Assembly (NCBI GenBank): GCA_025363655.1
Contig: JANYDK010000147.1
Span: forward strand, 72,046 to 136,045
Direction: 5' to 3'
DNA length: 64,000 nucleotides
DNA from: Deltaproteobacteria bacterium
GTDB taxonomy: Bacteria > Myxococcota_A > Polyangia > Polyangiales > JADJMO01
A program made the position numbers and the translations under genes. The first letter of the stretch is position 1. Each line of letters starts with the position of its first letter. The notes under the pieces are model-generated. The model saw only the letters and a list, made by a program, of their open reading frames with translations. It did not search any database and was not told where the DNA came from. Of the stretch, positions 9,075 to 19,365 are shown piece after piece.

Positions 9075-11242
9075 GGCTTCTTCGGGTCGAGCTTGAGGTC
9101 GAAGACCGTCATCGAGTACGGCGGGAGTTGATCGACCTCGATGCGACCGCCGACGACGTTGGCAGTGCGCGGCTTGAATCCCGTCGGGTCACCGGTGAAC
9201 TCGTAGGTCTTCTGCCCGGACACGGCGCCGCAGCCGGTCATCACGATCTTCGGCTTGGCAGCGCGATCGGGGCTCAAATTCAAGGCGATTGCCACGATGT
9301 GGGTGCCGCTCTCGTCGATCGATGCGTAGAACGACGTGAAGTCGGTGCTGTCGGTGGTGAGCGACTTGTCGAGGAAGCGACCGAGCTTGCCGTCGAAGTT
9401 GCGGAAGGCACGGAACGCCCAGAAGGCCGGCGAGTTCTTGGGCGGGTACGTCCAATAGAAGGCCGAGGTGACGCCGTACTGCCCGAAGCGACCGAGCACT
9501 TCGGCGACCGCGAGGCCTCCGCTCATGTGCGTCTCGGCGCCGAAGTTCCACTCGCCGATCTGGATGCCCCGTCCCGGGTAATTCTCGTCGATCCACTTCT
9601 TGAGCCGGGGGATGAGGTTGATCGGCTCGCCGATGTACGACTCGTCGACGTACGTCGGATCCCAGAGTCCGCGCGTCTGACGGAGGCGCAGCGCCGAGGT
9701 CGCCGCGTCGACGCCGCCGTTGTCCCCGAAGACGCCCTCGGCCTGCGGATAGAAGTGCACGTCGACGACATCGAGGATGTGCGTGTTCGTCTTCGTCTCG
9801 TACTCCTTCAACTTGCGCAGATACCAAGCGAGGAGCGGCATGTCGCCGTGGGCCATTCGATCGGGCTTGAACGAGAAGCCTTCGACCGCGTCTTTCGCCG
9901 AGAAATTGTAGGCCGGCCAGCCCCACAGCGAGGGCCCGGCGATGACCGCGTCAGGGTCGGCCGCGCGCACCGCGCTCCCGTAACGAATCGTCTTGTCGAG
10001 CAGCTCGTCGTAGGTGACCGGATCGGGATGGACGTCGCGATGGGTCGAGTTCCAGAGCATCGGCTCGTTGTCGAGGATGTACATCTGGACGCTGCGCGAG
10101 CCCGATTTCTGATCGCCTTCGCGAATCGCTTCCACCCACCGCTTCACGAAATCGGGTGTCGCCGCCACGCTCGTCTCGGTCTGCGGCCCCGGCTTGATCG
10201 GCTTGCCGTCGACCGTCAGGCCGTTGCCCGCGTCGGGTCGCCACGAGGCATCGGTGGCCTTCTGCGCTCCGAACTTGGAAACCGGATACGACACCGAGGT
10301 CGTGTCTTTGGCCACCCAACCGAGCAGCGGCACCGTCAAAATCGTCTGGAAATCGTGCTTCTTTTGCTCGGCGAAGAACGTCTTGTAGTTGAAGCCCGGC
10401 GTGTCCGTGAACTGCACGTTCTCGTAGAACCAGTCGAGCCCGGTGTTCCACGCGTTGCCGAGCTCCCAGTTGTAGCGCGACATCGTGTTGCCGCCCCAAC
10501 GTCGCGCCGTGGCGCCGAGCTCGAACTGCTGCGTCGACTTGGTGTCGAGGCGCGCATCGTAAGCGATGCCGTAGATCAGCGGATTGATCGGCGCTGGCTT
10601 GCCGGTGCAGGTGAGCGTCATCACCACGTCCTTCGGCGGACCGGAGGCGACGGCCGCGAGATCGGCGCCGGTGGCGGTGGTGAGCCCCACCTTGTCGATG
10701 CTGATCCAGGCCGGCCCCACTGGCTTGGCGGCGCGAAAGACGATGCGATCGAAGACCAACCCTTCGGGGTTGAGGACCCGGAGAGGGATCAGCACCTCCG
10801 ACCAACCGTCGGCCAAATCGGCGCGTTGATCGGCGCGGACGATGATGCGCGGATAGAGGTTCTTCTGCGTCGAGTCGACGCGCACCTCGAGAAAATCACC
10901 GTATTCGCGCGGCGCTTTGTAGCGGAAGACGAGCGCGCCGAACTTCCCCTTGAGCCCTGGGTGCCCGAGGATCCACCCGCCGTAGTTGGCGAAGTTGACG
11001 CGTGCCTCTTTCGGGCCGGTGATCTCGCGCTGCGACCAACCCATGTCGGACCAGCCGGTCTTGATGCCGCCGTCGAAGATCGTCTCGGCGAGCTCGACCT
11101 TTTGTTGCGGCCGCGTTCCGACCGCGCGCAGGTCACCGTCGGTGCGCCGCGTACACGTGCAGGCCGAGAACGAGAGCATCAGGCTCATGAGCGGGACGAG
11201 CGCGCCGAGCGTCCGCGAACCGTACCTCCGTAGGCCGGTCAT
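9071..11242 (-). CDS. Glycoside hydrolase family 44 lipoprotein (EpsB-like)
   Basis: RWGGN..SRYNW, LDNEPMLWNSTHRDVHP, DVHFYPQ and GEWNFG; N-terminal signal/lipobox. Confidence 0.85.
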   Translation of the reverse strand: MTGLRRYGSRTLGALVPLMSLMLSFSACTCTRRTDGDLRAVGTRPQQKVELAETIFDGGIKTGWSDMGWSQREITGPKEARVNFANYGGWILGHPGLKGKFGALVFRYKAPREYGDFLEVRVDSTQKNLYPRIIVRADQRADLADGWSEVLIPLRVLNPEGLVFDRIVFRAAKPVGPAWISIDKVGLTTATGADLAAVASGPPKDVVMTLTCTGKPAPINPLIYGIAYDARLDTKSTQQFELGATARRWGGNTMSRYNWELGNAWNTGLDWFYENVQFTDTPGFNYKTFFAEQKKHDFQTILTVPLLGWVAKDTTSVSYPVSKFGAQKATDASWRPDAGNGLTVDGKPIKPGPQTETSVAATPDFVKRWVEAIREGDQKSGSRSVQMYILDNEPMLWNSTHRDVHPDPVTYDELLDKTIRYGSAVRAADPDAVIAGPSLWGWPAYNFSAKDAVEGFSFKPDRMAHGDMPLLAWYLRKLKEYETKTNTHILDVVDVHFYPQAEGVFGDNGGVDAATSALRLRQTRGLWDPTYVDESYIGEPINLIPRLKKWIDENYPGRGIQIGEWNFGAETHMSGGLAVAEVLGRFGQYGVTSAFYWTYPPKNSPAFWAFRAFRNFDGKLGRFLDKSLTTDSTDFTSFYASIDESGTHIVAIALNLSPDRAAKPKIVMTGCGAVSGQKTYEFTGDPTGFKPRTANVVGGRIEVDQLPPYSMTVFDLKLDPKKP

Positions 11243-11245
11243 CGA

Positions 11246-12535
11246 TCACTTCCCCACGATGATGCTGCCGAGGAAGCGCGTGCGCCCGACCTCGTCGACC
11301 GTCTTCTCGGCGGTCTCGATGCGATCGCCGATGGCGACGCAAAGGAGCGCTGCCTCCGTGGCCCGCGCGAAGGCGAGCGACGCCGGACTGTCGAGCACCG
11401 GACCCGTGGCGACGATGACGATCTCTCCGCGCCCTTTACGTGAAGACATCTCGGAGAGGCGCGTCTCGAGCACCCCGAGCGTGAGCACGGTGGCATCGAT
11501 GACCGTGATCGCCTTGCCGAGGTGATGGAACCCCACGACCGCGAGCGCCTGCGCGACGCGCACCGTCGGCGCTCCCTTGGCGGTGGCGATGACGACGAGC
11601 GTCTTCCACGGACGACGCTGCGTCTCGAGCCAGAGCTTCTGCCAATCGACGTCGTCGGCCGGACTGAAGCCAGGATCGTCCCACGGCGGCGCGACGCCGT
11701 TGGCGTTGGCCGTCGCCGCGGCTGGGATGGCGGGAATCGGCGCTGGAGTCGGCAGGGGCGTCGACATACGCGTAGGCAGCGGCGCCGGCGTCGGGAGCGG
11801 CGTCCCGGTGCGGGGCGGCGGCACGGACGGCAATTGCTGCACTGCAACAGGACCGGGCGCCACCGAGGCCGCCGCTGCGACCTGGGTCGGCGCGCTCGAA
11901 GACATCCGCGCTTCGGGGGCGACGATGATCGTCGGTTGGGCCTCGACCGTCTCGCGAAAGGGAGTTCCCTGCGGCGGCGACGCGGTGCGATCGAGCGGCG
12001 CCCAGGGGGAGCTCACCGGCGTGCCGTCGGGACGCGGCGGCATTGGGCTCGGAGGGCGCACGTCCATCTGCGTGCTCGCCGGCTTCCGGGGCGCTGGCGT
12101 ACCGGCTGCGGGCGGCGGACGGACGTAGCCTTGTGCGGGCGGCGGGCTCGAGGGCGCCAAGGGAACGTCGCGACGCTGGAAAATCGTGGTCGGCGGCTCG
12201 CTGTCGGGATGCGGCTCACGCACCGCCGCCATCGCCGGGATGGTGCCGTTGGGACCGAGCTCGGGCGGACGCGCGATCACGGGGAGCGGCGGCGGCGTCG
12301 GCAAGGGCGGCGCCGGTAAGCCCTCGGGATCGGGGTCAGGGTTGAAGCTCCCCCACTTCGCAGTCGAGTCGGCGTCGAACGAAGGCGGCCGACTCTTCTG
12401 CCGGGCCTTGGGAGGCGGGCGCTCGCTCGTCGTCAGCGAATAGCGGCCGACCGTGCCGGCGGTCGTGCGCGCGGACAGATCGTCCGCCGACTCGCTGGCG
12501 GGCTGCGACTTGGTGCGCGGCGGACGGTCCGACAT
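11246..12535 (-). CDS. Degenerate BY-kinase (CpsD/CapB/Wze-like pseudokinase) with a long Pro-rich N-terminus
   Basis: The C-terminal ~140 aa follow the CapB layout (TLVVIAT..., VIDA, VIVATGPVL, AALLCV, FLGSII) but lack the Walker A GKS/T and the hhhhD motif. Confidence 0.65.
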   Translation of the reverse strand: MSDRPPRTKSQPASESADDLSARTTAGTVGRYSLTTSERPPPKARQKSRPPSFDADSTAKWGSFNPDPDPEGLPAPPLPTPPPLPVIARPPELGPNGTIPAMAAVREPHPDSEPPTTIFQRRDVPLAPSSPPPAQGYVRPPPAAGTPAPRKPASTQMDVRPPSPMPPRPDGTPVSSPWAPLDRTASPPQGTPFRETVEAQPTIIVAPEARMSSSAPTQVAAAASVAPGPVAVQQLPSVPPPRTGTPLPTPAPLPTRMSTPLPTPAPIPAIPAAATANANGVAPPWDDPGFSPADDVDWQKLWLETQRRPWKTLVVIATAKGAPTVRVAQALAVVGFHHLGKAITVIDATVLTLGVLETRLSEMSSRKGRGEIVIVATGPVLDSPASLAFARATEAALLCVAIGDRIETAEKTVDEVGRTRFLGSIIVGK

Positions 12536-12536
12536 C

Positions 12537-13736
12537 TCAGTCTCGCCGCTCTCCCTGGCGCGTGGTGCGGACCCACTCGTTCTTCTTCTGGTTCGACCGG
12601 GTCACGGCGAGCCACACCTTCCAAACCATGTAAACAGGCGCCCAGCATAGGTCAAGAAGACCGCGGGGCCCGACGCCGGAGAGGATCCAGCCACGGAGGA
12701 CGTAGACGACGACGAAGAAGAGGGAGATCGACCAGGGGATCGTCACCCAGGCCGGCTGATGGAAGGCGAGCATCAGCGTGAGCGCCGCACCGCCGCCGAG
12801 CATGATGATCAGCACCAGCTGCGCGAGCGGCGGAACGAGCACGTCCATCGCGAGGTCGAGCAAGACGCCGTTGCGCGTGCGCAGGCCCTCGCCGAGCAGC
12901 TTCGGACCGTGGCTCTTCATCATCGCGAAGCGCCCTTGTTCCCAGCGGCGCCGCTGCGAGCGAGAGTCCTTCTCGCCTGCGACCATCTCGCCGTAGACGT
13001 GCGCGTCGTGCGCGTAGTGCACGCGATAGCCCTTCATTCCGAGGCGAATTCCGTACTCGAGATCTTCCACCACCGAGAAAGCGTCGTGCGGCACCTCGCG
13101 CAGCACCTCGCGTGAGAAGCACATGCCGTTGCCGCGGAGCCCCGCCGAGAGCGAGAGGCGCTCCCGACCGAGCGAACGGAGCACGTGGAAGATCGCGAGC
13201 GCGATCACCATCAGGCGTGTCCGCCACGAGTCTTCACGATTTCGCACCGCGTAGTCCGCCTGCATGGCGTGTGCCCCGGCGGCGTAGCGACGCGCGAAGG
13301 CGGCGAGGAGGTTCTTCGAAACCGTGGTGTCCGCGTCGACCACCACCACCGCATCGACCTTGTTTTCAGCTTCGATTTTCTCGAAAGCGTGGGCGAGCGC
13401 GTAGCCCTTGCCCTTGAGCTTGTCGTCGAAGCGAACGAAGACGGTGGCGCCGGCAGCCTCGGCCTTGGCCGCGGTGTCGTCGCTGCAGTTGTCGGCGACC
13501 ACCACCACGCGCCGCAGCTCGGGCGGATAGTCGATGCCGAGGAGGCTCTCGATGGTCGCGGCGATGCCGGCCGACTCGTTGTGTGCCGGAACGACGATGT
13601 CGAACCGGGTGGTGGGCGCCTCCGTCGTCGGCACCCACCTCGGCGCGGACGCAAAGATGGAGAGCACGAACAAATAGGTCGTGCAGATCAGCGCCGGGAC
13701 GGCGAGCGCCACGAGGAGGACGTCGAGGACGAGCAC
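12537..13736 (-). CDS. Membrane GT2 glycosyltransferase (EpsU-like)
   Basis: VVPAHNE, VADNCSDDT, GKGYAL, VDAD, EDLE and QRRRW. Confidence 0.9.
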   Translation of the reverse strand: MLVLDVLLVALAVPALICTTYLFVLSIFASAPRWVPTTEAPTTRFDIVVPAHNESAGIAATIESLLGIDYPPELRRVVVVADNCSDDTAAKAEAAGATVFVRFDDKLKGKGYALAHAFEKIEAENKVDAVVVVDADTTVSKNLLAAFARRYAAGAHAMQADYAVRNREDSWRTRLMVIALAIFHVLRSLGRERLSLSAGLRGNGMCFSREVLREVPHDAFSVVEDLEYGIRLGMKGYRVHYAHDAHVYGEMVAGEKDSRSQRRRWEQGRFAMMKSHGPKLLGEGLRTRNGVLLDLAMDVLVPPLAQLVLIIMLGGGAALTLMLAFHQPAWVTIPWSISLFFVVVYVLRGWILSGVGPRGLLDLCWAPVYMVWKVWLAVTRSNQKKNEWVRTTRQGERRD

Positions 13737-13740
13737 CCGT

Positions 13741-15243
13741 CTACCGTAGTCGCACCTTGGCGAGGACGGGGAGCTTCAGACGACGATCGACCTGCCAAGG
13801 CTCGACGAATTTGCCGCTCGAGAGGTCGCGCGCGGCCGCGGCGAGGATGCCGAAGAGCGCGGAGAGGAACACCCCAGCGATGATGATCATGGGAACGTTC
13901 GGCTTTTTCGGCTTTTTCGGCTGCTCGGGCGGCTGAGTGACCGAGTAGCGGTACTTGAAGGCCGCCTGCGCCGTGTGCATCTCGATGCGCGCCGTGTCGA
14001 TGCGATCGAGGATCTCCTGGTATTTATGGGTTGCCGCGGTCAGCCGCGCGCGAGCCTGGGCCACGTCCGGGTCGTCGATGTCGGGGGTCGGCGCGAGGGG
14101 CGCGGTGGCCGCGACCACCGGCTTCGGCAGCGGCTTGGGGGCCGGCTTGGCCACCCCACTCCCGGTCTCGTGGTACTCGCTGGGCAGGTCTTCTTCCTGC
14201 GCGATGAGGTCTTGTTCTTCCTGCTTCAGCTTCACCAGCTCGGGCGGCTCGACGCTCTCGGCGGCAATTTTCTGCTCGAGCGCGATGACCGAGGGGTGTG
14301 CTGGCGCGAACTGCTCTTTCAGCTTGGCGAGCTCGACGCGGAGGTCGGCGAGGCGCTTTTGCCGCGGCTCGTCGAGATCGCGGATCTCCTTGCGTTTGGC
14401 GGCCAGCGCAGCGGCCAGCTTCGGCTTGGCGTCGTTCACCACCGGCGCGGGGCCGGGCGACGGGTTCGGGTTCGGGCTCGGATTGGGGCTCGGTTTGAGG
14501 TCTTTCGGATCTTTCGGGAGCCCCACCGAGGCTGCCGCGACCGCCTTCGCCTTGGCCTGACGAAGCTCGGCGAGGGAAGCGTCGACCTCATCGCCCGACT
14601 TCTTCGACTCGTCCTCGAGGATGGTGATGGTCTCGGCGATGGCCGAGAGCTCGATCGCATTGCGGCCGTCGAGGAAGTTGCGGAGCAAGAGCGTGATCAG
14701 CTGGTAGGCCATCTGGGGGTTCTCCCAGGTGAGCTCGAGCTTGATCGAAAGGTCATCGGTGGTGATGACGAGCTTCTGCTCGAGCACTCCGAGGAGCGCG
14801 CGCATCTTGTCTTCGTCGCTCGGCGGACCCCCGATGGCGCGGGTGAGCTTCTCTTTCCACTTCATGAGCGGCGGGCGCTGGCTGTCCCAGACGTCCATCA
14901 GGTTCGCGTCCTTGATGACCGCGATGAGGTTGTCGCGCTTGAGGATGACGTCGGCGACCGCCTTCGTCGGCGCATCGGCGTTGCCGTCGATGGGGCGATG
15001 CGGGTTGAGGAGCGCGCCGATCACCAAATTTTTCTGCGCCAGGATTTTGCAATCGACCTGGTATTGCCGCGGCATCAGCGCAGCGGCGGCGCCGGTGACG
15101 CCGAGCACCACGACGAGGACGAGGAAGAAGACGCGCGGATGACGACGCGGCGCGCGCAGGAGCAAGCCGACGAGATCGCGGAGGGCTCCGAGCCCACCCT
15201 CCTCTTCCTCTTCGCCCGCGGCTTCCTGTTTGACGCCTGACAT
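13741..15243 (-). CDS. Polysaccharide co-polymerase (Wzc/GumC-like, no kinase domain; EpsV-like)
   Basis: Two terminal TM helices, a coiled-coil middle, HPSVIAL and PPEQPKKPKKPN before TM2. Confidence 0.85.
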   Translation of the reverse strand: MSGVKQEAAGEEEEEGGLGALRDLVGLLLRAPRRHPRVFFLVLVVVLGVTGAAAALMPRQYQVDCKILAQKNLVIGALLNPHRPIDGNADAPTKAVADVILKRDNLIAVIKDANLMDVWDSQRPPLMKWKEKLTRAIGGPPSDEDKMRALLGVLEQKLVITTDDLSIKLELTWENPQMAYQLITLLLRNFLDGRNAIELSAIAETITILEDESKKSGDEVDASLAELRQAKAKAVAAASVGLPKDPKDLKPSPNPSPNPNPSPGPAPVVNDAKPKLAAALAAKRKEIRDLDEPRQKRLADLRVELAKLKEQFAPAHPSVIALEQKIAAESVEPPELVKLKQEEQDLIAQEEDLPSEYHETGSGVAKPAPKPLPKPVVAATAPLAPTPDIDDPDVAQARARLTAATHKYQEILDRIDTARIEMHTAQAAFKYRYSVTQPPEQPKKPKKPNVPMIIIAGVFLSALFGILAAAARDLSSGKFVEPWQVDRRLKLPVLAKVRLR

Positions 15244-15260
15244 GTCTCAGAATTTCGGTC

Positions 15261-15707
15261 TCAGAATTTCGGGGGAGGGTCGGTGCGTCGCAGCGCACGA
15301 ACGCTCGGGCGGCTCTCGTTGTTGCCGTCGAGGAGCGTGATGACGTACTTCGTCAGCTGCGGGATGGTGAAGGGCTTCTTCAGGTAGGCGCTCGCCCCGG
15401 CCTCTTCGGCGTGGGCCATGTCCTCGGGCGATTTGCGATCGCTGATGATGAGGATTTGGACCCAGTCGAGGCTCGTGTCTTTGCGGATGAACTCGCAGAC
15501 GTCGTAGCCCGACTCGCGCGGAAGGTTGAGGTCGAGGCAGACGATGTGCGGCGGCTGCTCGCTGATCTTCTGCACCGCGGCGCGATAGTCGATGGCGACG
15601 ACCACCTCGAGCCCGAGAGCCGTGAGCGCGCGCGTGAGCATTCCACGCAAAGTAGGCTCGTCTTCGACGAGGAGGGCCAACATCGGCTTGCCCTGAGCGG
15701 TCAGCAT
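15261..15707 (-). CDS. Single-domain response regulator (EpsW-like)
   Basis: LLVEDE, CLDLNLP..SG and YLKKPF. Confidence 0.9.
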   Translation of the reverse strand: MLTAQGKPMLALLVEDEPTLRGMLTRALTALGLEVVVAIDYRAAVQKISEQPPHIVCLDLNLPRESGYDVCEFIRKDTSLDWVQILIISDRKSPEDMAHAEEAGASAYLKKPFTIPQLTKYVITLLDGNNESRPSVRALRRTDPPPKF

Positions 15708-15743
15708 GAGGTGCTCCTTAATGACATGGACGAACGGAAACGG

Positions 15744-16940
15744 CTAGAACCGCTGCGGAAGTGACGTGAAGGTTACGCCGAGGAAGAGCGCCCAGGACGG
15801 CGCACTGGTGCCGGCGAGGCCTCCAGCCGGAACATTGCGGATATTTTGCGATCCGAAGCGGCCGCCCATGTCGAATTGCACGTGGGTGCTGGTTCGTGCC
15901 GAAAAGACGAGCTCGGCGAGGAGGAGGGTCACGGAGTTGATCTTGTCGCCAGGAACCGACTGCGCGAGACCGAACTGCCCCCGCACCGAGTAGCCCTTGC
16001 GGAGCGACCACGGAGTGTAGGCCAGCGAGGTCGAGGCCTGCAGCTGGTAGTCGACGAGGCCGGTCAGTCGATCGACGAAGGGCGAGAGCCGCCCGGAAAG
16101 GCGCAGATCGAGGTGCTGGCTGGCGAACGTCTTCCGCAGCGTCGTCTCGACGAGCACGTACGGCGTGTATTTCACCGGCGCGACGTCGATCTTCGCCGCC
16201 AGCTCGGAGAGGCCGGCCGAGAGCGTTCCCTCGAGATCGCGCGCGAGAAGGCGCCGATACGAGGCGAGCAGATCGATCATCGTGTTCTCGGTCCGGACCG
16301 TGATGCCACCAGGCAAGGTCACGAGGTAGGACGCGCGGAGGATGACGCCCACGGAGTCGCGCGTGCTCAGCCGATGATCGACCGTGACCTCGCCGCGAGG
16401 GCCTTTTTGTAGAGGGATTGCCGTTTGCGCATCGGCGTTGACGCCGCCGCTCACCGAGTAGTCGAAGAGGCTGGTGAGACGCCAACGACGCGAGAGCTGG
16501 TGCGCGAGGGTGACGGTGCCGCGCTCGGAGACGTAGCGAAACGTCTGCGCGGTGGTGAAGCGCTGGAGGTTGATGCCCGGCGTGGTCCCCGTCGTCGGGC
16601 TGACGATGAGCGAGACGTAGCTCTGCGAGCCGTACGACACGTCTTCGCTGACGGCGACGCGCGTCCGTCGGTCGTGCCAGGCGAGGCCGAGCGCGAGCCT
16701 TTGGAAGACCTGCGGCGTCGGCGTCGCGTTGATCGACAGGAGCGTGAGGCGCGGGCCGTAGGTGGCAGTGAAATCGACGCGGCGATCGGCGAGCAGGAGG
16801 TTGGCCGAGGGCGTGGTCTCGAAGTCGGTGACCACCCCGGAGATGGGGTCGTTGCGGAAACGTGATTCGGTGCGATCGCCGAACGTGAGCGTACCCCGGA
16901 GGGCCGCGGTCGCGATGACGGCCCCGAGCAGTGCGCTCAC
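15744..16940 (-). CDS. Outer-membrane beta-barrel for polysaccharide export (EpsX-like)
   Basis: Alternating amphipathic strands, terminal Phe, directly downstream of a short OPX gene. Confidence 0.65.
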   Translation of the reverse strand: MSALLGAVIATAALRGTLTFGDRTESRFRNDPISGVVTDFETTPSANLLLADRRVDFTATYGPRLTLLSINATPTPQVFQRLALGLAWHDRRTRVAVSEDVSYGSQSYVSLIVSPTTGTTPGINLQRFTTAQTFRYVSERGTVTLAHQLSRRWRLTSLFDYSVSGGVNADAQTAIPLQKGPRGEVTVDHRLSTRDSVGVILRASYLVTLPGGITVRTENTMIDLLASYRRLLARDLEGTLSAGLSELAAKIDVAPVKYTPYVLVETTLRKTFASQHLDLRLSGRLSPFVDRLTGLVDYQLQASTSLAYTPWSLRKGYSVRGQFGLAQSVPGDKINSVTLLLAELVFSARTSTHVQFDMGGRFGSQNIRNVPAGGLAGTSAPSWALFLGVTFTSLPQRF

Positions 16941-16944
16941 GCCC

Positions 16945-17553
16945 TCACTCCACCACCACGACGTCCCCCTGTTGGAGGGCGAAGGCCGGACCGCGCCCTT
17001 CCCCGCGGGTCAGGCTCTCGTAGGTGAAGCGCACGCGCACCTGCGGGTTCTTGCGGAAGACGAAGACGCGATCGCGATCGGCGAACTCGTTCGGTCCACC
17101 CGCCGCAGCGAGGGCCTGCACCACGCCCGATCCGTTCTCGAGCTGGACGTTGCCCGGCCGCGAAACCTCGCCGAGCACGGCGATGATCATCGCCTGCGAC
17201 TCTTCGACGATGACCGTCACCGCCGGCGCGACGATGAATTCTTTGAGGCGCACCTCGAGCAACTTGGCGAGCTCGGCCGGCCTTTTTCCGCGGGCTTCGA
17301 CGTCACCGATGAGCGGCATCGAGAGCTTGCCGTCGGGTCGCACGCGCGCGCGCGTCGAGATCGGATCTTGGTTGTAGACGCGGACGTTGAGCATGTCGCC
17401 CGCGGAGATGACGTAGTTGCCCGCCTCGGGACGGGGCGTGAACTCGGCCGCGGGGATCTCGTCGACCCACACGAACGTGCCCGGGCCCTTGCAACCGATC
17501 GCTGCGCTCAGCAAAACGACCGACAAAATAAGCCTCGACGCGATCTTGCGCAT
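16945..17553 (-). CDS. Short OPX/Wza-family export lipoprotein (EpsY-like)
   Basis: Lipobox AIGC; Y.I..GD.L.V.V, VRPDGKLSMPLIG and SLBB domain; ends at GDVVVVE without an outer-membrane helix. Confidence 0.9.
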   Translation of the reverse strand: MRKIASRLILSVVLLSAAIGCKGPGTFVWVDEIPAAEFTPRPEAGNYVISAGDMLNVRVYNQDPISTRARVRPDGKLSMPLIGDVEARGKRPAELAKLLEVRLKEFIVAPAVTVIVEESQAMIIAVLGEVSRPGNVQLENGSGVVQALAAAGGPNEFADRDRVFVFRKNPQVRVRFTYESLTRGEGRGPAFALQQGDVVVVE

Positions 17554-17627
17554 GTCTCCCTCGGTTTCCTCTTCGCTCGGCCGCTCGGCCGATTCGTTCG
17601 CGAGCCTACCCCACGTCCAGTGCGAGG

Positions 17628-19028
17628 TCAGCTCGCGCCGCGACCGAGGAGCACGACCGGCACCGTCTTGAGGATGAGCTGGAAATCCTGCTTGAGGTTC
17701 CAGTGATCGATGTACTGCATGTCCAAGTACATCCACTCCTCGAAGGAGATGTTGTTGCGCCCGGAGACCTGCCAAACGCAGGTGAGGCCCGGCCGCACCG
17801 AGAGGCGACGACGCTGCCACGGCTCGTACTTGGCGACCTCCGGCGGAACCGGCGGGCGCGGGCCGACGATGCTCATCTCACCGCGAAGGATGTTGATGAG
17901 CTGCGGCAACTCGTCGATGGAGAACTTGCGGATGAAGCGCCCGATGCCGGTGACGCGCGGGTCGTGCTTCATCTTGAAGACAGGCCCGCTCTGCTCGTTG
18001 AACGCCATGAGCTTGGCTTTGAGCTCTTCGGCATTGGTCACCATCGAGCGGAACTTCAGCATGTAGAAGGGCGCGCCGTAGCGACCGACGCGCTCTTGCT
18101 TGAAGAAGATCGGCCCCTTCGACGTCAGCTTGATGATCAGCGCGACGGAGAAGAAGAGCGGGAAGAGCGCGATCAGCGCGAAGCCCGAGGCGGCGAGGTC
18201 GAAGAGGCGCTTGAACGCCATCTGCACCGGCTTGTGCTCGTACGTCAGGTAGTGGACGTAGCCGTCGCGGATCTCGTGGGCAGGGCGCGCGCGATCGAAG
18301 CGAAAATGGCTCGCGGGCAGAGCGAAGGGAATGCCGTAGCGCTCGCAGATGCGGATGGTCGCCTGCATCTCGGTCGCGTGCTTCATCGCGTTGCCGGCGA
18401 TGTAGATCTCGTCGAACGCGCGCTCGCGGAGCACTTTTTCCAGGTCGTCGACGGTGCCGAGGAGCTTCGCCGGGAGCCGCGAGTGGGCCGCTTCGTCGGT
18501 GAAGCGAAGGTAGCCGTGAACCTTGCGACGCGTCTTCCCGTCGCGGATGTCGAGGCCGGTCAGGCGCCCGAGCGGGCTGATGCCGATGATGAGGACGTCC
18601 TCCGGCGGACCGTACGTGAAGCTGCCCATGCCGGGGAGGATGGCGAGCATGACTCGCAGCCATAGCACCGTGGGCCACAGCACGATCGCGAAGCTGTGCA
18701 AACTGATCTTGTCGGCATAGTGAGGAATGAACGTCCGCGCGAGGAAGAGCGCGAAGACCACCCCGAAGACGAGCATCGACGTCAGCGCCAGCTCACCGAC
18801 CGGCCGACGGGGCGTCGAGCGCTCGGCGTCGTAGTGGCGAAGGACGCGCGCACCGAGCGACCAGAGAAGGATACCGACCGAGGCTGTCGCGAGCGTGACA
18901 GGAACCGTCACCCGACCGTGACTGCGCCACATGGTCGCCACGAACGAGGCAAGGAGAATGAAGAATGCGTCGCCAGCGAAATTCAGCCGTGGCGAAGGTA
19001 TCGCTTTCGCGGACCGGGCACTCGACAT
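17628..19028 (-). CDS. epsZ: Polyprenyl-phosphate hexose-1-phosphate transferase (priming enzyme, EpsZ-like)
   Basis: KRLFD, KFRSM, DPRVT.IGRFIRKFSIDELPQLINILRGEMSIVGPRP and PGLTC.WQV.GR. Confidence 0.93.
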   Translation of the reverse strand: MSSARSAKAIPSPRLNFAGDAFFILLASFVATMWRSHGRVTVPVTLATASVGILLWSLGARVLRHYDAERSTPRRPVGELALTSMLVFGVVFALFLARTFIPHYADKISLHSFAIVLWPTVLWLRVMLAILPGMGSFTYGPPEDVLIIGISPLGRLTGLDIRDGKTRRKVHGYLRFTDEAAHSRLPAKLLGTVDDLEKVLRERAFDEIYIAGNAMKHATEMQATIRICERYGIPFALPASHFRFDRARPAHEIRDGYVHYLTYEHKPVQMAFKRLFDLAASGFALIALFPLFFSVALIIKLTSKGPIFFKQERVGRYGAPFYMLKFRSMVTNAEELKAKLMAFNEQSGPVFKMKHDPRVTGIGRFIRKFSIDELPQLINILRGEMSIVGPRPPVPPEVAKYEPWQRRRLSVRPGLTCVWQVSGRNNISFEEWMYLDMQYIDHWNLKQDFQLILKTVPVVLLGRGAS

Positions 19029-19365
19029 GGGAAGACCTTACCTTTGAGCACGTTTCACGCCTCCCTATGGCAGCTCACTTGTACAGTGGCTCTTGGGGGC
19101 GGCCCGAAGAAATTCGGGGAGCCGAAGTTATGCGCGATGCGACCGTTTGCGTCAACGCACTCAGACGCACATACGAATGTCGGAGCGCAACGGCTGCCGT
19201 TTCGGATTTCGGTCGTCCTACACGAACGGAATAATCGGTCTCGAGGACGAGCGGGCGAACCGGGCCGAGTGGAGGCACTTTGTCCCAAGCCACATTTGCG
19301 CACACCCCGCGATCTGCTACACAGGCGGCCCCCCCGGGTCCGGGGAGGGTTAGGAGAAATCGTCC

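Noticed and set aside
19068-19083. Sigma-54-like motif TGGCAG-N5-TTGT in the epsZ/acpS divergent region
   Set aside because: The conserved -12 GC is GT and the site is about 280 nt from acpS, too weak to call.
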